Origin: Octopus vulgaris
Lineage: Eukaryota
Reading direction: 5' to 3'
NCBI GenBank assembly: GCA_951406725.2
Contig: OX597836.1
Span: 24,614,001-24,678,000 of the forward strand
DNA: 64,000 bases
The stretch's first letter is position 1; every line of letters starts with the position of its first letter. The notes under the pieces were generated by a model. The model worked only from the letters and a program-made list of their open reading frames with translations, was not told the DNA's origin and did not search any database. A program made the position numbers and the translations under genes. Below, piece after piece: positions 1 through 13,139 of this stretch.

Positions 1-255
<255 letters not shown>

Positions 256-629
256 TAAAAGAAATCACAACTTATATTCAGTACCAACTTTTGTAGTATT
301 TAAGATTGACAGAGTACCTGGGATTTGTAGGGAACGAGTTCGATCGATTGACTCCTCAGTATAAGACTGGGGCTTATTTTACCGATTTCGTTGATTCTGA
401 CCGAATAGGATCCCAGAGAAAAGAATTAAAGGTAAAGATTTGCTAGTTAGAATCAAGACTAGATTTTATAGTGAGGTGGGTTGGAGTTTAGTAATCGTCA
501 TTGGTTTCTGTACAAGATGTTAATCTCGGCTTTTCAATCTGGGGGGATGAAAGGAAAGTCGGCAACGATCAGGTTTAAATTTAGGACGTAAATGGATTTA
601 ACTAAACACCGGAAGGCACTTTGCCCATC

Positions 630-1820
630 GGAACTGTTGCTAAGGAAACGGAGCTAAAGTACTAAGAGTGAAGTCGTTTGACACAAATTGACCTTGCACT
701 CTGTCGCGCATGCACACTAAGTTATAATGATCCCGCTCGCTTCCATTGTTTATAGCAGTGCTTGAAAATAAAGTGTGTCGAGTGTGGTCACCTCAAAGAG
801 AAGATCGAGTTTCAGCTGTACGAGATCCCCTAAATGGTGCCGAGGAAAACGAAAGCCTTTTGAAAACGGTCGTAACATGTGACAAATCATGGGTTTATAG
901 CTATAACTACGAAACTAAGGCTCGGTCTTCGCAGTGGAAGACCCCAACAAGATTTTAAGAGTTGAGGAAATCAAAGAGAATGTGACAGGACAGCTGCTCG
1001 CTCTCCCTCGAAAAGGGTTCCAGGCAGTGGCGGCTCATATATAGGCACTGCGGAACTACAGCAGCCCTTATTTTCCACTGATATTATCGATAACATTCAA
1101 TATAATGAGCCCTTTTTAAAAAAATTCCTTCTTTATACTTGTACATTATACAATCCTTAAGCTTAATCTCAGTAACCATCCCCTAGTTTATGAAAAAATA
1201 CAAAAATCCTTGTATAGAACTGTGCTTCACAGTTTCAACGACGCGGTGTTTGGCTGTTGTGCGCATGCTCATATGTCCGAGATAGGAAGCTTCACGCTAG
1301 GAAGAGATAGCACTGTCGTTCACGCAGTACCAGTGAACGTGTTTATATTCTTGAATGTGATAAAGTGTAGAATTAGATTATTGTCCTGCTTCCAGCTTCA
1401 GTGTTACTGCCGAGATTTGAAAAATAGGGCAGATTCTCCCCCCCTTATTTTGTGATTTGGGGGTGGGGGTGAAAACCAAGAGGGAATTCGCGGCGGTGTT
1501 CAGTGAAGAAATGAAACACACTACCCGGCAGTAGCTAAAACGCGAACCGATCAAGTTTATGTATAAATATTCTTTTCATATGTTTCTTTCCTTTTACACA
1601 ATATTAAAACAACGGCTAAAAATTTTCTGAAGCAGTACCCCAACTAATTTTATCTACGAGCCGTCACTGGTTCCAGGAATGCTTCCATGAATGGAAACGT
1701 CGCTGGATAAAGTGTGTGGCTTCAGAAGGAGACTACTTCGAAGGAGATTAAATGCCCAGTTGATATGCGTTGTAGTTTGGTTTTTACAACACCAGTCCCC
1801 AATTTTTTTTTTATCAGACC
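630..1820 (+). mobile_element. Decayed, internally deleted mariner (Tc1/mariner) transposon, interrupted by a hAT MITE
   Basis: ORF 746-958 contains LLKTVVTCDKSWVYSYNYETKARSSQWKTP, matching the mariner ITGDETWVYxYDPETKxQSxQW motif. After removing 1025-1677 the sequence reads roughly KGFQECFHEWKRRW...CVASEGDYFEG, the mariner C-terminus. Boundaries are approximate. Confidence 0.85.
1025..1669. mobile_element. Non-autonomous hAT-type DNA transposon (MITE), 645 bp
   Basis: TIRs CAGTGGCGGCTCATATATA and TATCTACGAGCCGTCACTG match at 16/19. A perfect 8-bp TSD GTTCCAGG lies at 1017-1024 and 1670-1677; 8-bp TSDs are diagnostic of hAT. Confidence 0.9.
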
Positions 1821-2645
1821 TTTTAGTTTATGTTGTCATTTAACTTCATGCCAGTCTTGCTACATCAGACCGAAGATAAAACAAGTTCCAGCTAAAGCCA
1901 TTCCATGTTTTTGCAGGAATTAGAACAACATTATGCATTATCTTTCTCTTAATTGAAATAAATCAATGAAAGTGAAAGTGCTGCTACGTGGTCGCGCGAA
2001 GTTTCAGAAATAGCAGCCAAATCTTTCTCAAATTTCATTACCGTTTAAAAAAAATGAGACACAACCGACAATCAAGTCATGAAGAAAGGCGAAAGAGGAA
2101 ACAAATGGTTACATACAAGAACCGAAACCAGGACGCAGTCACTACAGCGTTTGCTACATGGTATTGGTTTTCATACCCACATCCGACTGCGTGACCAAGT
2201 GGTCATGATTTCGAATTCCAGCCTGGGTGATGCGTTGCGCTCTTGAGTAACACTTCATTTCACATAGTTGCAACCCACTCAGCTGTGAATGAGTTACTCT
2301 CATCGGAAGGATTAAAGAAGCTTTTTTGTTGGGGTAGGAAGAGTTGCAATCGAATTGATAATATATGTCCAGAGTTCTTTAATGATTCTCGAACCAATAT
2401 TTGCTGGAGTTTGGCAGAGACGTTTGTCATCGTAGAGCACCGATCTAGGTGTTTTCCACTTTATCTCAAATACTTCACAGTAGTGACTCGTTTCTGAATT
2501 GGACGATGTCGTCAACCCCAGTCGCAGTAAAATAGATACCAGTAATATACGGTGGATCGCGTAGAAGAAGTATTTTCCTAAAGAGCAGTGATTTAGTAGT
2601 ATCGGTAGAGTGTCTGACAAAATGCCTAGCGGTATTTATTAGCAA

Positions 2646-2877
2646 AGGCGGCGAGCTGGCAGAAACGTTAGCACATCGAGCGAAGTGCTTAGCCGTATTT
2701 CGTCTGCCGTTACGTTCTGAGTTCAAATTCCGCCGAGGTCGACTTTGCCTTTCATCCTTTCGGGGTCGATAAATTAAGGACCAGTTACGCACTGGGGTCG
2801 ATGTAATCGACTCAATACCTATGTCTGTCCTTGTTTGTCCCCTCTATGTTTAGCCTCTTGTGGGTAATAAAGAAATA
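2646..2877 (+). mobile_element. tRNA-derived SINE family A (Meta/MESC-like central domain) with L1/Tx1-like tail
   Basis: Head GGCGGCGAGCTGGCAGAA..., B-box GAGTTCAAATTCC, core GCCTTTCATCCTTTCGGGGTCGATAAA, and 13-bp TSD GGTATTTATTAGC. The domain name is from recollection. Confidence 0.88.
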
Positions 2878-2891
2878 GGTATTTATTAGCC

Positions 2892-3092
2892 AGGCGGCGA
2901 GCTGGCTGAAACGTTAGCACGCCGGGCGAAATGCTGTCGCTACGTTCTGAGTTCAAATTTGCCTTTCATCCTTTCGGGGTCGATAAATAAAGCGCCAGTT
3001 ACGCACTGGGGGTCGATATAATCGACTTAATCCGTTTGTCTGTCCTTGTTTGTCTTCTCTGTGTTTAGACCCTTGTAGGTAGTAAACAAATA
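2892..3092 (+). mobile_element. SINE family A, second tandem copy with internal deletions
   Basis: Same head, core and tail as 2646-2877. Confidence 0.85.
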
Positions 3093-3536
3093 GGTATTTC
3101 TTAGCGTACCTTTACAATATGAGTTCAAACCCAGCTGAAGTTTACTTTCCCTTTTATTTTTTCTGGGTCACGATTAAATAAATACAGCTGAATCCTGGAG
3201 GCGATTAAATCGGCTCTTACCCATCTTTTACGTTTGCAACCCTGTGCCTATAAAATATATCACAAATGCATTAGACTTATTATATTGGATCATGTGTCCT
3301 CTAGTTAAAATATATGTCGGAATAAATCGATATTTTTTTTTTAGTTTATTCAGCAGTAATCATATTAATATGCGTCAGTTATTTTACTTCGAAAGTTTGG
3401 TATCGTCTAACAAAACAACGAACTCCAGTGAATATGTATGTAAGACTTAACCTTCATGGTGTCGGAAAGAATTCTCTCCCTTGTATACTAGTGTTGCCTC
3501 CCTTTAGTAGTTTTCACATTTTCGCTTTAGAACGTT

Positions 3537-3757
3537 TGGCAGAAACATTAGCGCGCCGGGCGAAATGCTTAGCGGTATTTCGTCTGCCGCTACGTTCTGA
3601 GTTCAAATTCCGCCGAGGTCGACTTTGCCTTTCATCCTTTCGGGGTCGATTAAATAAGTACCAGTTACGCACTGGGGTCGATAAAATCGACTTAATCCGT
3701 TTGTCTGTTCTAGTTTGTCCCTTCTGTGTGTAGCCCCTTGTGGGCAGTAAAGAAATA
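3537..3757 (+). mobile_element. SINE family A
   Basis: Near-identical to 2646-2877 and flanked by an AGAACGTT direct repeat. Confidence 0.85.
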
Positions 3758-4396
3758 AGAACGTTGCAGACAGTATGCATGTATGCATGCATACATACAT
3801 ACATACATTTTGAGAGAGGGAGAGAGGGAAAGAGAGAGAGAGGGAAAGAGAGAGAGAGGGAAAGAGAGAGAGAGAGAGAGTGTGTGTGTAGAGAGTGTGT
3901 GTGTGTGTGTGTTTATGTGCGTTGGAGAGAGAGAGAAAGAGAAGAATTGATCTCCCCTCCCCCAGTATCTCACTGATACTTTATCTATCAAGTCCCAGAA
4001 GAATAAAAGGCAAAGTTGATCTCGGTGAAATTTGAACACGGAACGCAAGGAACTAGAACAATTATAGCAAAGTATTTATCCAACGCTCTAACGACTCTGC
4101 CACACAAGTAAGCCTTTATCTTTATCTTCTTTTCCTCTCGTCTCCCCCCCCTCTTTCATTCTTATTCACTCTCTCTCTCTCTCTCACGCGCGCGTTCCTC
4201 GCATTCCTCTCTTTCACCTTACCTTGATTTTCCCCTCTCTTTACTCTTTCTACTTCCTCTTCCCACACTTCTCACATCCCTCCCTCTCCCACTAATTCTT
4301 ACTCTCACTTTCACTCTCATTACATTCATCATTCTCTGTTCGCCTGTTTATCGCATTAATATATCTCTCTGCAGATTATCTCAAGCCTCACACACA

Positions 4397-4447
<51 letters not shown>

Positions 4448-4692
4448 ACACACTCTCTCTCTCTTTCTCTCTCATTCTCTCCCTTCCTTCTCCCCTCTAT
4501 GCCCCTCTCTCATTTCTCTCTCTCTTTCTTCCATCTCCCCTCTCTCTCCCGATCCTACCTCTCCCTCCATTCCTCCTTCACTCACTCTCGCTTTCTCTCT
4601 CTCTCTCTCATTCTCTACACATAACCTACTTTAAATATTCCCCTAACAAACATTTCTCCCTTTTTTACTCATTCATTTAATCCCTTTGTTTT

Positions 4693-4740
<48 letters not shown>

Positions 4741-4963
4741 TCCCTCTCTCTCTCACTCTCACTCTCTCTCTCTTTCTGCAAATGTATGCGTGTGTATGTA
4801 TGTATATATATATATGTGTGTGTTTGTGTTTGTGTTTGTGTTTCTGCATGTGTGCGTGTGTTGGTATGAAGTGTACGTGTATATGTATGTGTGTTCATGT
4901 ACGTGTATGCATGAACGTATGTATGTAGATATGTATGCATGTATATCCCCTGTATCCCCAACC

Positions 4964-5071
<108 letters not shown>

Positions 5072-5204
5072 GTGTGTTTGTTTGTTTTCCTTCCTGCTTG
5101 CCAGCCTGTCTGTCAGTATTTCTCTCTTCACAAAAAGAACCCCGTCATCAAACTAACAAGAACAACAAAACCAATAATAATAATAATAATAATAAAAACA
5201 TCTT

Positions 5205-5710
5205 TTTTATTGACCATAAGGGGCCTCACACATCCAAAACATTATAAACAAAATAGTTTCCAACATATACGATAGAGAGGAGAGAAAACCAGAACATAAA
5301 CCATGAAAAACTTTAAAAATACAATAGATGTTAAAAATTTTTTTTAATGTTTTTCCATCCGTTTTGGGGTAGGAATCACCTTCCATAGAAGATCAGAATA
5401 TCCCAACGTGCCGACCACATTCCCCCTTTGACAGTTGTCCTCTCTTGACAGCTAATTCCAGACTGATGCGTACTGGTTCCTTCATTGGTAACCATTTTAT
5501 ATCGACTTGAAGATGATAAGAGCTTGGTCTGAGGCCTGACATCAATTATTTCAAACGAGTCAGGCATTCAACCTCTTTCACTAAACAAAGAAATACTTCT
5601 CGTCCCTTCAATCGGGTGCTCTTTACAAAGGACATAATTCCACACGTAATCAATGTTCCACGTCCAGAATGAACGAAAAACGGTTAGTTTCTTTGGCTCG
5701 GGTAGAATTA
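5205..5710 (-). mobile_element. Degraded 3' fragment of an L1/Tx1-like LINE
   Basis: The minus strand ends ...GTGTGAGGCCCCTTATGGTCAATAAAAAA, like the tail at 7871. Residual translation GREVFLCLVKE resembles the C-terminus AFVVLVALVKE of the 7.9-10.9 kb LINE. Confidence 0.45.
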
Positions 5711-5728
5711 ACGGTACTTCCGCACCTC

Positions 5729-5961
5729 AAGGCAGCGAGCTGCCAGAAACGTTAGCACGCTGGACGAAATGCGTAGCCGTATTTCGTCCGCCGCTGCGTT
5801 CTGAGTTCAAATTCCGCCGAGGTTGACTTTGCCTTTCATCCTTTCGGGGTCGATAAATTAAGTACCAGTTACGCACTGGGGTCGATGTAATCGACTTAAT
5901 CCGTTTGTCTGTCCTTGTTTGTCCTCTCTGTGTTTAGCCCCTTGTGGGTAGTAAACAAATA
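5729..5961 (+). mobile_element. SINE family A
   Basis: Full head, core and tail match the other copies. Confidence 0.85.
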
Positions 5962-6075
5962 AGTACCTTCTGAATAGATGAACTTTCGGCAAAACGATGT
6001 GAAGGTCGAAACTCGGAACGTAAAGACGGACGAAATGCTGCGAAGCATTTTGTCCGGCGTAATAACGATCCTGCC

Positions 6076-6130
<55 letters not shown>

Positions 6131-6178
6131 CGACGACGACGACGACGACGATGATGATGATGATGATGATGATAATAA

Positions 6179-6375
6179 TGCAGTATCAGACAGTGGCTCT
6201 AATGGCTTCTGATCTTAACTGATTGGAAGTGTTATCATGTACATTGTTTTGTCTTGGTATAACAGTTGGGCTACAGCAAACATTCTGCTCAATACCACAG
6301 ATTTGCTTGTCAGTTGTTTGACCATAAGCAGTTGACCATGTCCCTTAGTGGCTGACGATATGTGCATCTCTGACC
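6179..6375 (-). mobile_element. Terminal fragment of an unclassified interspersed repeat (same family as 24881-25383)
   Basis: Reverse complement of 25233-25383 plus extra terminal sequence; it abuts (TAA)n/(GAT)n. Confidence 0.75.
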
Positions 6376-6556
6376 ATACATGCATACATACATACATACA
6401 TACGTACATACATACATACATACATACATACATACATACATACATACATACATACATACATACATGCATACATACATACATACATACATACATACATACA
6501 TACATACATACATACATACATACATACATACATACATACATACATACGTACACACA

Positions 6557-7128
6557 GGTCTAAGAAATAAGGATTCATTGTATGGTAGAAGCCATAGCCT
6601 CTCTTAATAAAAAAGAATACTGGTTAAATGCTCGAATGAAGACCTCAATAAAATGTAAGCACAACAGACCTGATATCATGATTTGGGATGGAGAAGAGAA
6701 ACTGTGTACAGTTGTGGAAATCAGCTGCCCAGCTGATGTTAACATAAAGCTGAAGATCAGTGAAAAAGAGAACACCTACGCTGAACTATTGAGAAATCTG
6801 CAGTTATTCTATCCACATTACAAGTTCGGATATATACCTGTAATTATTGGGGCCCTGGGATATGTAACACACTGCCTAAATACCAATCTTGAGAAATTAG
6901 GCTTCTCAAAACCGGAAAGGAGAAAGCTAATTCGAAGGCGACAGATCCAATCCATCAGTGGAACTGTAAAAATATGTAACACTTTCCAGAAGTTTATCAT
7001 TTAAATATATATGAGAATGTCTAGATATGCAACTATATGCATGAGAATACATACATAAAACATACAAATCAGCACATATAAACATACATACACACATACA
7101 TACATACATACATACATACATACATACA

Positions 7129-7162
<34 letters not shown>

Positions 7163-7267
7163 CAAAAATACCCTGTTGTTGATGTTGAAATTCCAATGAA
7201 GGAGCCTTGGATCTAGTTAGAAACCGCTTCTTTCTCTATTGGCAAAAGATCTTGAAATAAACTGAAT
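6557..7267 (+). mobile_element. 3' fragment of an R2-superfamily (R4/Dong-like) non-LTR retrotransposon with restriction-like endonuclease
   Basis: ORF 6582-7004 has HNRPDIMIWD...CTVVEISCPAD.N...EKE..Y..L...IPVIIGALG, the PD-(D/E)xK RLE domain of R4/Dong/NeSL elements. It is followed by a 3' UTR and is 5'-truncated next to (CATA)n. Confidence 0.88.
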
Positions 7268-7295
7268 AATGACATACATATATACACGCACACAC

Positions 7296-7474
<179 letters not shown>

Positions 7475-7777
7475 ATCCTGAAATATATTCACAAAATAAA
7501 AATTATCATCTTATCGAAAGGATAATGAGATATTTATCTAAATTGTTTAGATTGCCTTATCTACCATCGCGTAAAAGCCCATACTGGAGCACCGCCAATA
7601 TCAATTGACAAATCCCTTATACATCTAAGAAGCAAATACTGAAATATAATGACTATTATATTCAGTTGTCTGTGAGTCTCTTTAGCTTCTAAGATTTCTA
7701 CTCACTTGGCGAGATTGACACTAATTGGTTCCTTTGAGCTTTAATAAAGCAGCAAATATATATAGATAGGTAGGTGC

Positions 7778-7850
<73 letters not shown>

Positions 7851-7870
7851 CAGATAGATAGATAGATAGA

Positions 7871-8137
7871 TTTATTTTACCACATAGGGCTTAACACAAA
7901 GGGGACAATACAATGTAGAATTTTTGTTTTTTGAAATCGATCAAAAGGGATCGAAAAAAGACGTTTTTGGGAGCGTGTACACAAAGAGATTACAAGGTGA
8001 CGTTTTTATTACCAATCTGAATTCCCAAAAGGAGAAGATATAACATTGACTACAGTTATCAGTGGAAACAAAAACATACGAAAAATAACCACGGTAACCT
8101 TTGCAAAAGGAAAAATCTATGAGAGCAAAGTGCTCCG

Positions 8138-8170
<33 letters not shown>

Positions 8171-10950
8171 GTTATACAGGTTTACACACAAAGTGGTTCC
8201 GTCATTCATGCGTACCAGTTTTGCTACATTCACCCAACTTTTATTACATTTTTCATTAGACAAAACTTCCTTCTCTACTTTTACTTTCCTTTTCAAGTGA
8301 TACTAGAAAAAGTTGATGAGAGATTGGCCACGGAGGAAAGTATTTGTCTCTAAACCTTTCAACCGAATCCACCACACACATTCTTTCACCAAAGCCACCA
8401 GTACGACAAAAGCTGCCTCGCTTTCTCGGTTAAAGGAAGGTGGTAGGCAATATTCACGATAGACTCGGCTGACAAACGGATTCGTCCCACACGCGACAGC
8501 AACCGTTCAACATTGGTCCACAGCTCTGAAATATGTGGACACTGCACGAGTGCGTGCAGAAAGGTTTCGTCGTTCTGACCGCATCTCTTGAATCATATCT
8601 GTAGACCTTCTTACGAACGGGTAATGCTTCCCGATAGGACTGCCAAGCCAGGGATCTCTAGAAATTGTCCACAGGTCCCGGTCCGAAAGTGGTCCTGAAG
8701 AGGCGGGTCAGGTATTTCCTGTCGACTCCCAGATTCTCCCCTCCACTTGTCCTCTATAGAACGCCTTGATGGATCTGAAGTTACACAAGTCTGAACCAGG
8801 ACGACAAAGCTGCTCCAGAGCTTTGCGACACTCGCGGTGCCATTCGACTACCCTCGGTCTCATGATTGCAGTTCGATCAAAGAGACGAGCTGCGGGAAGG
8901 CGCGTCTCATAAACGGCGTCCACACATGTTCACTGTCATCAAAGAAACGCTGGAGATGTCGCAGTCTCAGCGCATGCTTACGCATCATTAACCACGGCAT
9001 ACCTAGCCCTCCTTTTAGCAGATGTTGACAGCAAATGGATCGCCTAACCATCGGAACGCTTCCCTTCAACAAAAGGCGGAAGAGTATGCAGTCCCGTTTT
9101 GTGATAGTAGGGTCGGAACAAGGTTCGATGGTCACGGTAGTAGATGACTCATGCGATGTACGCATTCGCCACCTCAGTCTGACCTTTTGGAGATGGCTTC
9201 CACTCGGCCCATAGCTGGGTGAGAGTGACCACTCCTATTCGTTATCTCATCCCAGTTCTTCTCCACTTGGAGGTCTAAATCGAACCATACCCCAAGTAAT
9301 TTAACCGGTCCGTCGGTCCAGCGTGCCACGGCGGAGACGCTGTTGGACGGCATGGGCTTCCTTCTGCAGGTGCCGATCCGCAAACCCATTGACTTTTCCG
9401 AGTTAATTTTTGATCCTGTTATCGTTTCGTATTCTTTTAGTGTTTCGCCTAGCAGGCCGATATGCCTTTGGCTCGACACTACGACGGTGACCTCGTCCGC
9501 GTATGCAGACACGCTCGTCCCACATCTCAGTTCTCGCAGGATATCCCCTCAGCGTCGCCAGCTTCCGCAGTGGTGCCTCAAGAGCCAATACGTACAGAAG
9601 TGACGAAAGGGGGCATCCCTGACGGACCGAATGCGTGATGTCGAAAGGTTTGAACAGATGGCCATTCACACGAACTACTGAGCGGATGCCGCTGTATAAA
9701 GCAGCGTTCCAACCGCGGTAGACGGGACCGAAATCAACCACCTTGAGGATAGCCGCAAAGTATTGATGGTCGACCCTATCGCAGGCTTTTGATTGATCCA
9801 AATTGATCAGTATCCCACCCATACCAGGTTTCTTAACTACCCAGTCCATGATGTATCGCATGAGGTGGAGGTTGTCATGGATAGTTCTTCCCGGTATGCC
9901 TTGTCGACCAGTTTCTCGATGACAAGCGCCAACCTCTCGGCTAGCACTTTGGCCAAAATTTTCAAATCTGCGTTGGGCAGAGTGATGGGCCGAAAATTGT
10001 CTATAACGTTCCCCTTGTGTGGGTCTTTCTTTAGCAGTGTAACAGCTCCTCGGCTCACAAAACTGGGGATATTCCTGTTTTGCTGCCAGTTGTAGTAGAT
10101 TGTTGCCAAGAGATCCCCAAACAAGTCTGGCATATGACAATAAAGGTCGTGGGGAAGACCGTCCAAGCCCGGCGACTTGTCGCTCGCGCAGCCTGCCATC
10201 GCATGCCGTACATCAGCGGCTGCGATGGGACCTTCACAACACTCCGCCTCTCTTGCAAAGAGTCGTGGCAGGCCGTGCATCCTTTCGGGCTCGAGTAAAT
10301 CGCGCCCCTGTTGAATCTATCGGAGATCGAATGGTGGCTTTGTTGCTATGTTGCGCCTCCGCCACCAGGCTCTCCCGTGCGGCTTCAATTCCCTCGTTTC
10401 TTCGGGCACGCATCCTATCTCTGACAACGCAACCTTCGTGTTTGGCGTTGACGTGTTGGTCAAGGGCCAATCTCACCGCCAGCACGTTGGTCGCGCTGCC
10501 ACTTCTAAGTAACTCTTCTAATTTCTTAACTAGTTCTCCTTCTACTCTATTTCGATCTATCGCTGACGTGGTAACCCGGGCTCTGTAAACCTGTAGCTTC
10601 AGGAGCGACGCGTTCAGTTTCCAGTAGCCGGGTCTCTGCCTATGATTCTTATCTAAGTCGAGCGTACAGGTCACGAATTTGTGATCTGTGTAGCTAACTA
10701 CTGTCCTACACAATACTCTATCTAGATATAATCTGGACGACCCGATACGGTTTGTCCATGTCCACATTGGCACATTCGGGTGGTCCAATCGGTAGCTGTC
10801 AGACAGTTGGAAACGTCTGAGCAGGTCATTGATGCATTTACATTCCTTCCTCTTTCTATCTCTACCTACATAGTAATATTGCTCTTACTTTGAGGTCCAG
10901 ATTCTTCCGAAATAGTACTGCGGTACCACTACCGCCCATTCTCGGCAGAC
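7871..10950 (-). mobile_element. 5'-truncated, frameshifted L1/Tx1-clade LINE (APE endonuclease + reverse transcriptase pseudogene)
   Basis: Overlapping minus-strand ORFs give GTAVLFRK, WTWTN..SSRLYLDR, TDHKFV and PGYWKLNASLL (EN), then KSPGLDGLP, NFRPITLPNADLKILAKVLAERL, SVRQGCPLS and YADEV (RT), then GGLGMP and LVKECVWW. There are multiple frameshifts. The 3' end AATAAA is at 7871, and both flanks are (GATA)n. Confidence 0.93.
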
Positions 10951-10966
10951 ATGGAGAGAAATAAAC

Positions 10967-11021
<55 letters not shown>

Positions 11022-11068
11022 AAGATAGATAGAGAGAGAGAGAGAGAGGTAGGTAGGTATGTAAGTAA

Positions 11069-11154
<86 letters not shown>

Positions 11155-11821
11155 GACGGACAGATAGACGGACAGACAGACGGACAGACAGACGAGCAGA
11201 CAGTCGGATGAACAGTCCGACAGACAGACAATACACCAATTGTGTGCTCTCGAGTAACGCATATATCAGTAATCCCATGGTAAATATTATTGACAGAAAA
11301 CAATGTTCAGTCGACAAGCAAAATGTCACCGAATTCTTTCGTCCGAAATAAAGAAAAGAAATTTAAAAAACAACTTTCTTCTGATTTAACCTTTCTCCCC
11401 ACCTCGCTCTCCCCCCTCCTCTCTCTCTCTCTCCCTACCCTTTCTACCGTACACACACACATACATACACAATATCTTATATATTTTATTTGTTTCAGTC
11501 ATTAGACTGCGGCCATGCTGGGGCACCGCCTTCAAGAACTTTAGTCAAATGAATCGACCCCAGGACTTAATTTTTTTAAGCTTGGTACTTATTCCATCAA
11601 TCTTGCAGAAACTACTAAGTTACGGAGACATAAACACACCAATACCGGTTGTCGATCGGAGATGGGTGAACAAACACAAATACAAAAACACATACATTAA
11701 GATATATATATATATATATATATATAGTTAATCCAAACAAGAAAACACAAAAAAACACAGCAACGCGAGGACGTGGAACAAATAAAGTATTATTGGACGC
11801 TCAGGAAAGATGGGAAGGAGG

Positions 11822-11856
11822 GTTTAACGTTTCGAGCGGAGCTCTTCGTCGGAAAC
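11822..11856 (-). ncRNA. Minimal hammerhead-like motif (U4C core variant) in a ~200-bp repeat (11727-11926) inserted in (TA)n
   Basis: Minus strand: GTTT-CCGACGA-A-GAGC-TCC-GCTC-GAAA-CG-TT-AAAC. Stem I GTTT/AAAC, stem II GAGC/GCTC, palindromic stem III AACGTT. Confidence 0.55.
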
Positions 11857-11923
11857 AAAGGAGAAGGAAAGATCCGAGAAGGGAAGACAGAGGAAAAAAA
11901 ATTGCTGGCGGTGCTCACGAGGT

Positions 11924-11990
<67 letters not shown>

Positions 11991-13139
11991 TAGATGCAGC
12001 ACGAAGCTTGTCAGTGAACAGGTCGCGGTCTCAAAGCGATGAAAATATTTTGACAAATTAATTTAAATGTTGAAGTGAATCTAACGGTTTTGTGTGTTTC
12101 TTAAATGGCTTATAAACACCTTCCACGCTGCAATTGTTTTCGTTCCAGCACACGATCTCAGATCAAGTCACTCGCTATGCAAGTACATCTCAGTAATATA
12201 TATATGGCTGTGTTGTAAGAAGTTATCTTCCCAACCGCAGGGTTCCGGGTTCAGTTCCACTGCGTGGCATCTTGAGCAAGTGTCTCCTACTATAGGCTCG
12301 GGCCGACCAAAGTGAGTGGATTTGGTATGTATGTATGTATGTATGTATGTATGTATGTATGTATGTATGTATGTATGTATGTACAGGGTGCGTAAGATAT
12401 TTGAGGACAGATTTATGCTTAAAAAACCCAGATAATAACTATTTATCAAAAAATGCTATGATGATAAAAATAAACTTTCTTTTCTATAATGTTACTCAAT
12501 AAAGCCACCATGAGCTTCAACAACTGCTTCTATATGAGATCTAAATCATCTACATGATCAAATCAAGTCGTCCTGGTTTATTTTGGACATTACTCTGACT
12601 ATACCAGCTTTCAAAATGTGTATGTATGTACGTATGCATGTATGTATGTATGTATGTATGTATGTATGTATGTATGTATGTATGTATGTATGTATGTAGG
12701 TAGGTAGGTAGGTAGGTAGGTAGGTAGGTAAGTAGGTAAGTAAGACGCCCATCGGTCACTAATACTAGCTCCCATCAGCTCTATCAGTGGTACTCTATAC
12801 CACATGTAAGAGGTACCCTGTCCCATCGTTCAATAGTACCATATACCATTTCACATAGCCTTCGTCACCAGTGCTATTGTGTCCTCAGTAACTATCTACC
12901 ATTCTAGGGTCACCAGTGCTATGACACTAGGTACCATATCGTCCAGTGGTACTGTCGCCTACCATATACCATATCTCTCACCAATGCTACGCACCACTAC
13001 ACTCCATCTGTACCAGAACTAATTAACCATCGCTATCATCACCACCATCATCATCATAATCATCATTAGAGTCTTCTGCTTCACCATATTAATCATTTTT
13101 TTCTCTCCATATTCTTCTTCCTTATCTTCAACTTCTTTC

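Noticed and set aside
2475-2792. Recurrent ORFs such as RPRKDERQSRPRRNLNSER
   Set aside because: They are incidental reading frames through SINE family A copies.
12760-13020. Loosely periodic CCAGTGGTACT/ATACCAT motifs resembling a spaced array
   Set aside because: It is a degenerate minisatellite in eukaryotic DNA with no constant repeat or spacer lengths and no cas genes, so it is not CRISPR.
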